DNA of 64,000 nucleotides from Sporopachydermia quercuum (Eukaryota): NCBI GenBank assembly GCA_001599295.1, contig BCGN01000003.1, positions 1,178,001 to 1,242,000 of the forward strand, read 5' to 3'. Shown piece by piece: positions 61,666 to 64,000 of this stretch (position 1 is its first letter; each line of letters starts with the position of its first letter). The notes under the pieces were generated by a model. It saw only the letters and a program-made list of their open reading frames with translations, ran no database searches and was not told where the DNA came from. The position numbers and the translations under genes were made by a program.

Positions 61666-62280
61666 AAGACATGACATGTATTTAGCTCATAGATACATAT
61701 TATTACANACATATATTAAAATTGAGTACACCGGAAAAATCAAAATGTTACAGGAGCTAAATTGTGTTACCTCTCAATAATGTTAATGCATATAATCTAC
61801 TAAAGCGTATTGTGGTATTTCAATAGAAGCTTGACAATAATTTTATTTTTCGTTTAACGTCATTAAGTAGATCAAATTGATTATATACAAGAATACAATT
61901 TTGCTTCACAAAGAGGCTCTATATCAAATGATAGTAACAGNAAAATAGCAAATAAAACACCGATATTCCTCGTATCCAGAAAAAGAAACATAGAGAAGTA
62001 CTAAATATACAAAAAACATAGATGCAATAATACCAATAACCATCACCCTTCATAATGGTACTGAGANAACACACTCATTATGAGAAGGATTTACAAAATA
62101 GAAAGACCAATTATCCCATCAACGAATAAAAAATTTCAACTAGGCAGGTTCGCATTGAATATCCAGAGCCAGTAGAAGTATATACAGGTAAGAAAGAAAG
62201 AGAAAATACAGGCCAATAAGACGATCGTGAAGAGCAAGATTCAANCCAACAACAGAGTTGTACTGTAAATACATTTGTCT

Positions 62281-64000
62281 TCAAAAATCTAAGTCACCAA
62301 AGTTGTTATCTCTTCTACTGGAAGATCTTTTGTTGTTTCTTTCACGACTTTCGTAAGAGTTATCAGATCTTTTGTTATTTCTTTCACGACTTTCGTAGGA
62401 GTTATCAGATCTTCTGTGATAGTCGTTTCTTTTTCTATCGGAATCTCTATTGTTGTAACCACCATAATTGCTACTGTTATTTCTTTGGTATCGATCGCCG
62501 NAATTGCCTTGGTTTCCTTTATTTCTGTTGAATTTATATTTGCCAGGAGCATCGATTTGGTGATATGAATTATCTTGATCATATCCAATATCAAAATAGC
62601 GTTTAGCCTCATGAACAGGCATTTTGAAAGTTCTTCTCCAGAACGCAGGTGATATATTAAGAGGCTTCTCACTGCCAATAGCGGACACTAAGCTCTGAAT
62701 ATTTTCAAACAAAATGTGTTCTCTAATGGAGAGATTTCCTAACATTGATTGGTAAAAGCCAAGTAATGACCGAGGGCAATCAAGCTCTGTATGGCTAGGA
62801 AGTTCTGCCTCAACAATTGACTCGTATTCATTATGAAGTCCGGGTAGGACTCGAGGTTTAATACCTTTGTGTTCTAATAAGGACGCAAACTTATGCTCCA
62901 ACGGAGATAAAAACAGAAACGACTCACCTGATTTACCAGCTCTGGCAGTTCTACCAATTCTATGGATATAAGTAGCAACACTCCCTGGAACACCAACCTG
63001 AATTACAGTGGTTGTATTGGGAAAATCCATACCACGGGCTCCGACATCTGAGGTAATCAAAATACCTTTAGATGTGTTTTTGAACTTGTTAACAACATTT
63101 TCACGTCTGTTCATATTGAGTTTACCGTGAAGTTTTTGAGTAGAGATTCTGATATTTTTGAAAGACAATAAAGGCTGGAGAACTTCGCTGAACCAGTCTA
63201 CAGATTTGATTGTTGGTAAAAACACAATAGCTTTGAAATTTGTGTCACTAACTTTCATACCAGGATGTCTAAGTTCTGAACGAGCGGCAGCTTCCACAAG
63301 TAAGGATAAAGCTTGAGTAAAACTAGCGGCTAAACTTTCTGTTTCAATGATAGTTTGATCGATTGAATGATGCGCTTCAGCTTCATTAGGGTCAACACAA
63401 TCAATATACTTGAAGTTTTTGTCAATTAGATTGACAGCGAAATTCTTAACTTTGTAGTCAATAGTGGCAGAAAACAAAAGAACTCTATGACGATCTTCGC
63501 GTGTTCTTTGCTTAGAAATAATGGACTCAATTTCAAGAATGGTGTCCTTAAATCCAATATCGAGTAATCTATCGGCCTCGTCGAGCACAAAATAATCCAA
63601 GTTGGCAAAGACTTCTTCATAACCAGATTGGAGAATATCCAACAATCTTCCAGGAGTAAAAACAATGATGTTAGGTACCCTCCTTCCACCAAACATATTA
63701 AGTAGTTGCCTTTGCTTGTCTTGCCCACCAACTGCAACATCGACACGTAATTTCAAATCACGACGTTTATTACAAACTTCCTGCAATTCTTTCTGTATTT
63801 GCATTGCCAAATCCCTTGTAGGAGCTATGACAATGGAGCTTACCTTATTTGCATTTTTCTTAGCTGATTCAATAGCTGCTTGAAGCATCGGAATACCAAA
63901 AGCTAACGTTTTACCAGTACCAGTTTTAGCTCTTGCAACAATACCCTGATTATCTTCCAGTATGGGTAAGATTGCTTTCACTTGAACAGGTGTCATGGAT
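62281..64000 (-). CDS. MSS116: Mitochondrial DEAD-box RNA helicase Mss116/CYT-19; N-terminus outside window
   Basis: MTPVQ Q-motif, ARAKTGTGKT, APTRDLA, TPGRLLD, DEAD, LFSAT, SDVGARGMDFP, YIHRIGRTARAG; basic R/N/D-rich tail. Confidence 0.9.
   Translation of the reverse strand, partial: SMTPVQVKAILPILEDNQGIVARAKTGTGKTLAFGIPMLQAAIESAKKNANKVSSIVIAPTRDLAMQIQKELQEVCNKRRDLKLRVDVAVGGQDKQRQLLNMFGGRRVPNIIVFTPGRLLDILQSGYEEVFANLDYFVLDEADRLLDIGFKDTILEIESIISKQRTREDRHRVLLFSATIDYKVKNFAVNLIDKNFKYIDCVDPNEAEAHHSIDQTIIETESLAASFTQALSLLVEAAARSELRHPGMKVSDTNFKAIVFLPTIKSVDWFSEVLQPLLSFKNIRISTQKLHGKLNMNRRENVVNKFKNTSKGILITSDVGARGMDFPNTTTVIQVGVPGSVATYIHRIGRTARAGKSGESFLFLSPLEHKFASLLEHKGIKPRVLPGLHNEYESIVEAELPSHTELDCPRSLLGFYQSMLGNLSIREHILFENIQSLVSAIGSEKPLNISPAFWRRTFKMPVHEAKRYFDIGYDQDNSYHQIDAPGKYKFNRNKGNQGNXGDRYQRNNSSNYGGYNNRDSDRKRNDYHRRSDNSYESRERNNKRSDNSYESRERNNKRSSSRRDNNFGDLDF
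62323..62413. repeat. 42-bp coding tandem duplication (RSDNSYESRERNNK x2) in MSS116 tail
   Basis: Units at 62323 and 62365 differ at two synonymous positions. Confidence 0.9.

Overview
Eukaryotic fungal nuclear DNA: an AT-rich, fairly intron-rich budding yeast, probably an early-diverging Saccharomycotina (inferred from gene content; species not determinable here). It uses the standard code, since CTG falls at invariant Leu positions. About 21 protein genes are supported: OXP1 (3' part outside window), HCR1/eIF3j, MHF2/CENP-X, dynactin p62, HRD3, a spliced Gemin6-like Sm-fold gene, SNF1 beta subunit, KIP3, PMR1, GMH1/UNC-50 (6 exons incl. a 4-nt microexon), a spliced 158-aa orphan with VapA-like sequence character, CMS1, an S/T-P-rich unknown, a PDR-type ABC transporter, a 3-RRM PABP-like protein, histone H1, TBF1, a modular metallothionein, MON2, a Pet20-motif protein and MSS116 (5' part outside window). 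Sixteen spliceosomal introns were reconstructed by hand. No tRNA, rRNA, transposon or CRISPR was recognised. Best leads: the Gemin6-like gene (possible retained SMN-type snRNP assembly system), the Vap-like orphan, the AAAC microexon, the Neurospora-block metallothionein and a candidate structured ncRNA near 30.6-30.75 kb. All family calls come from motif recognition, not database searches.
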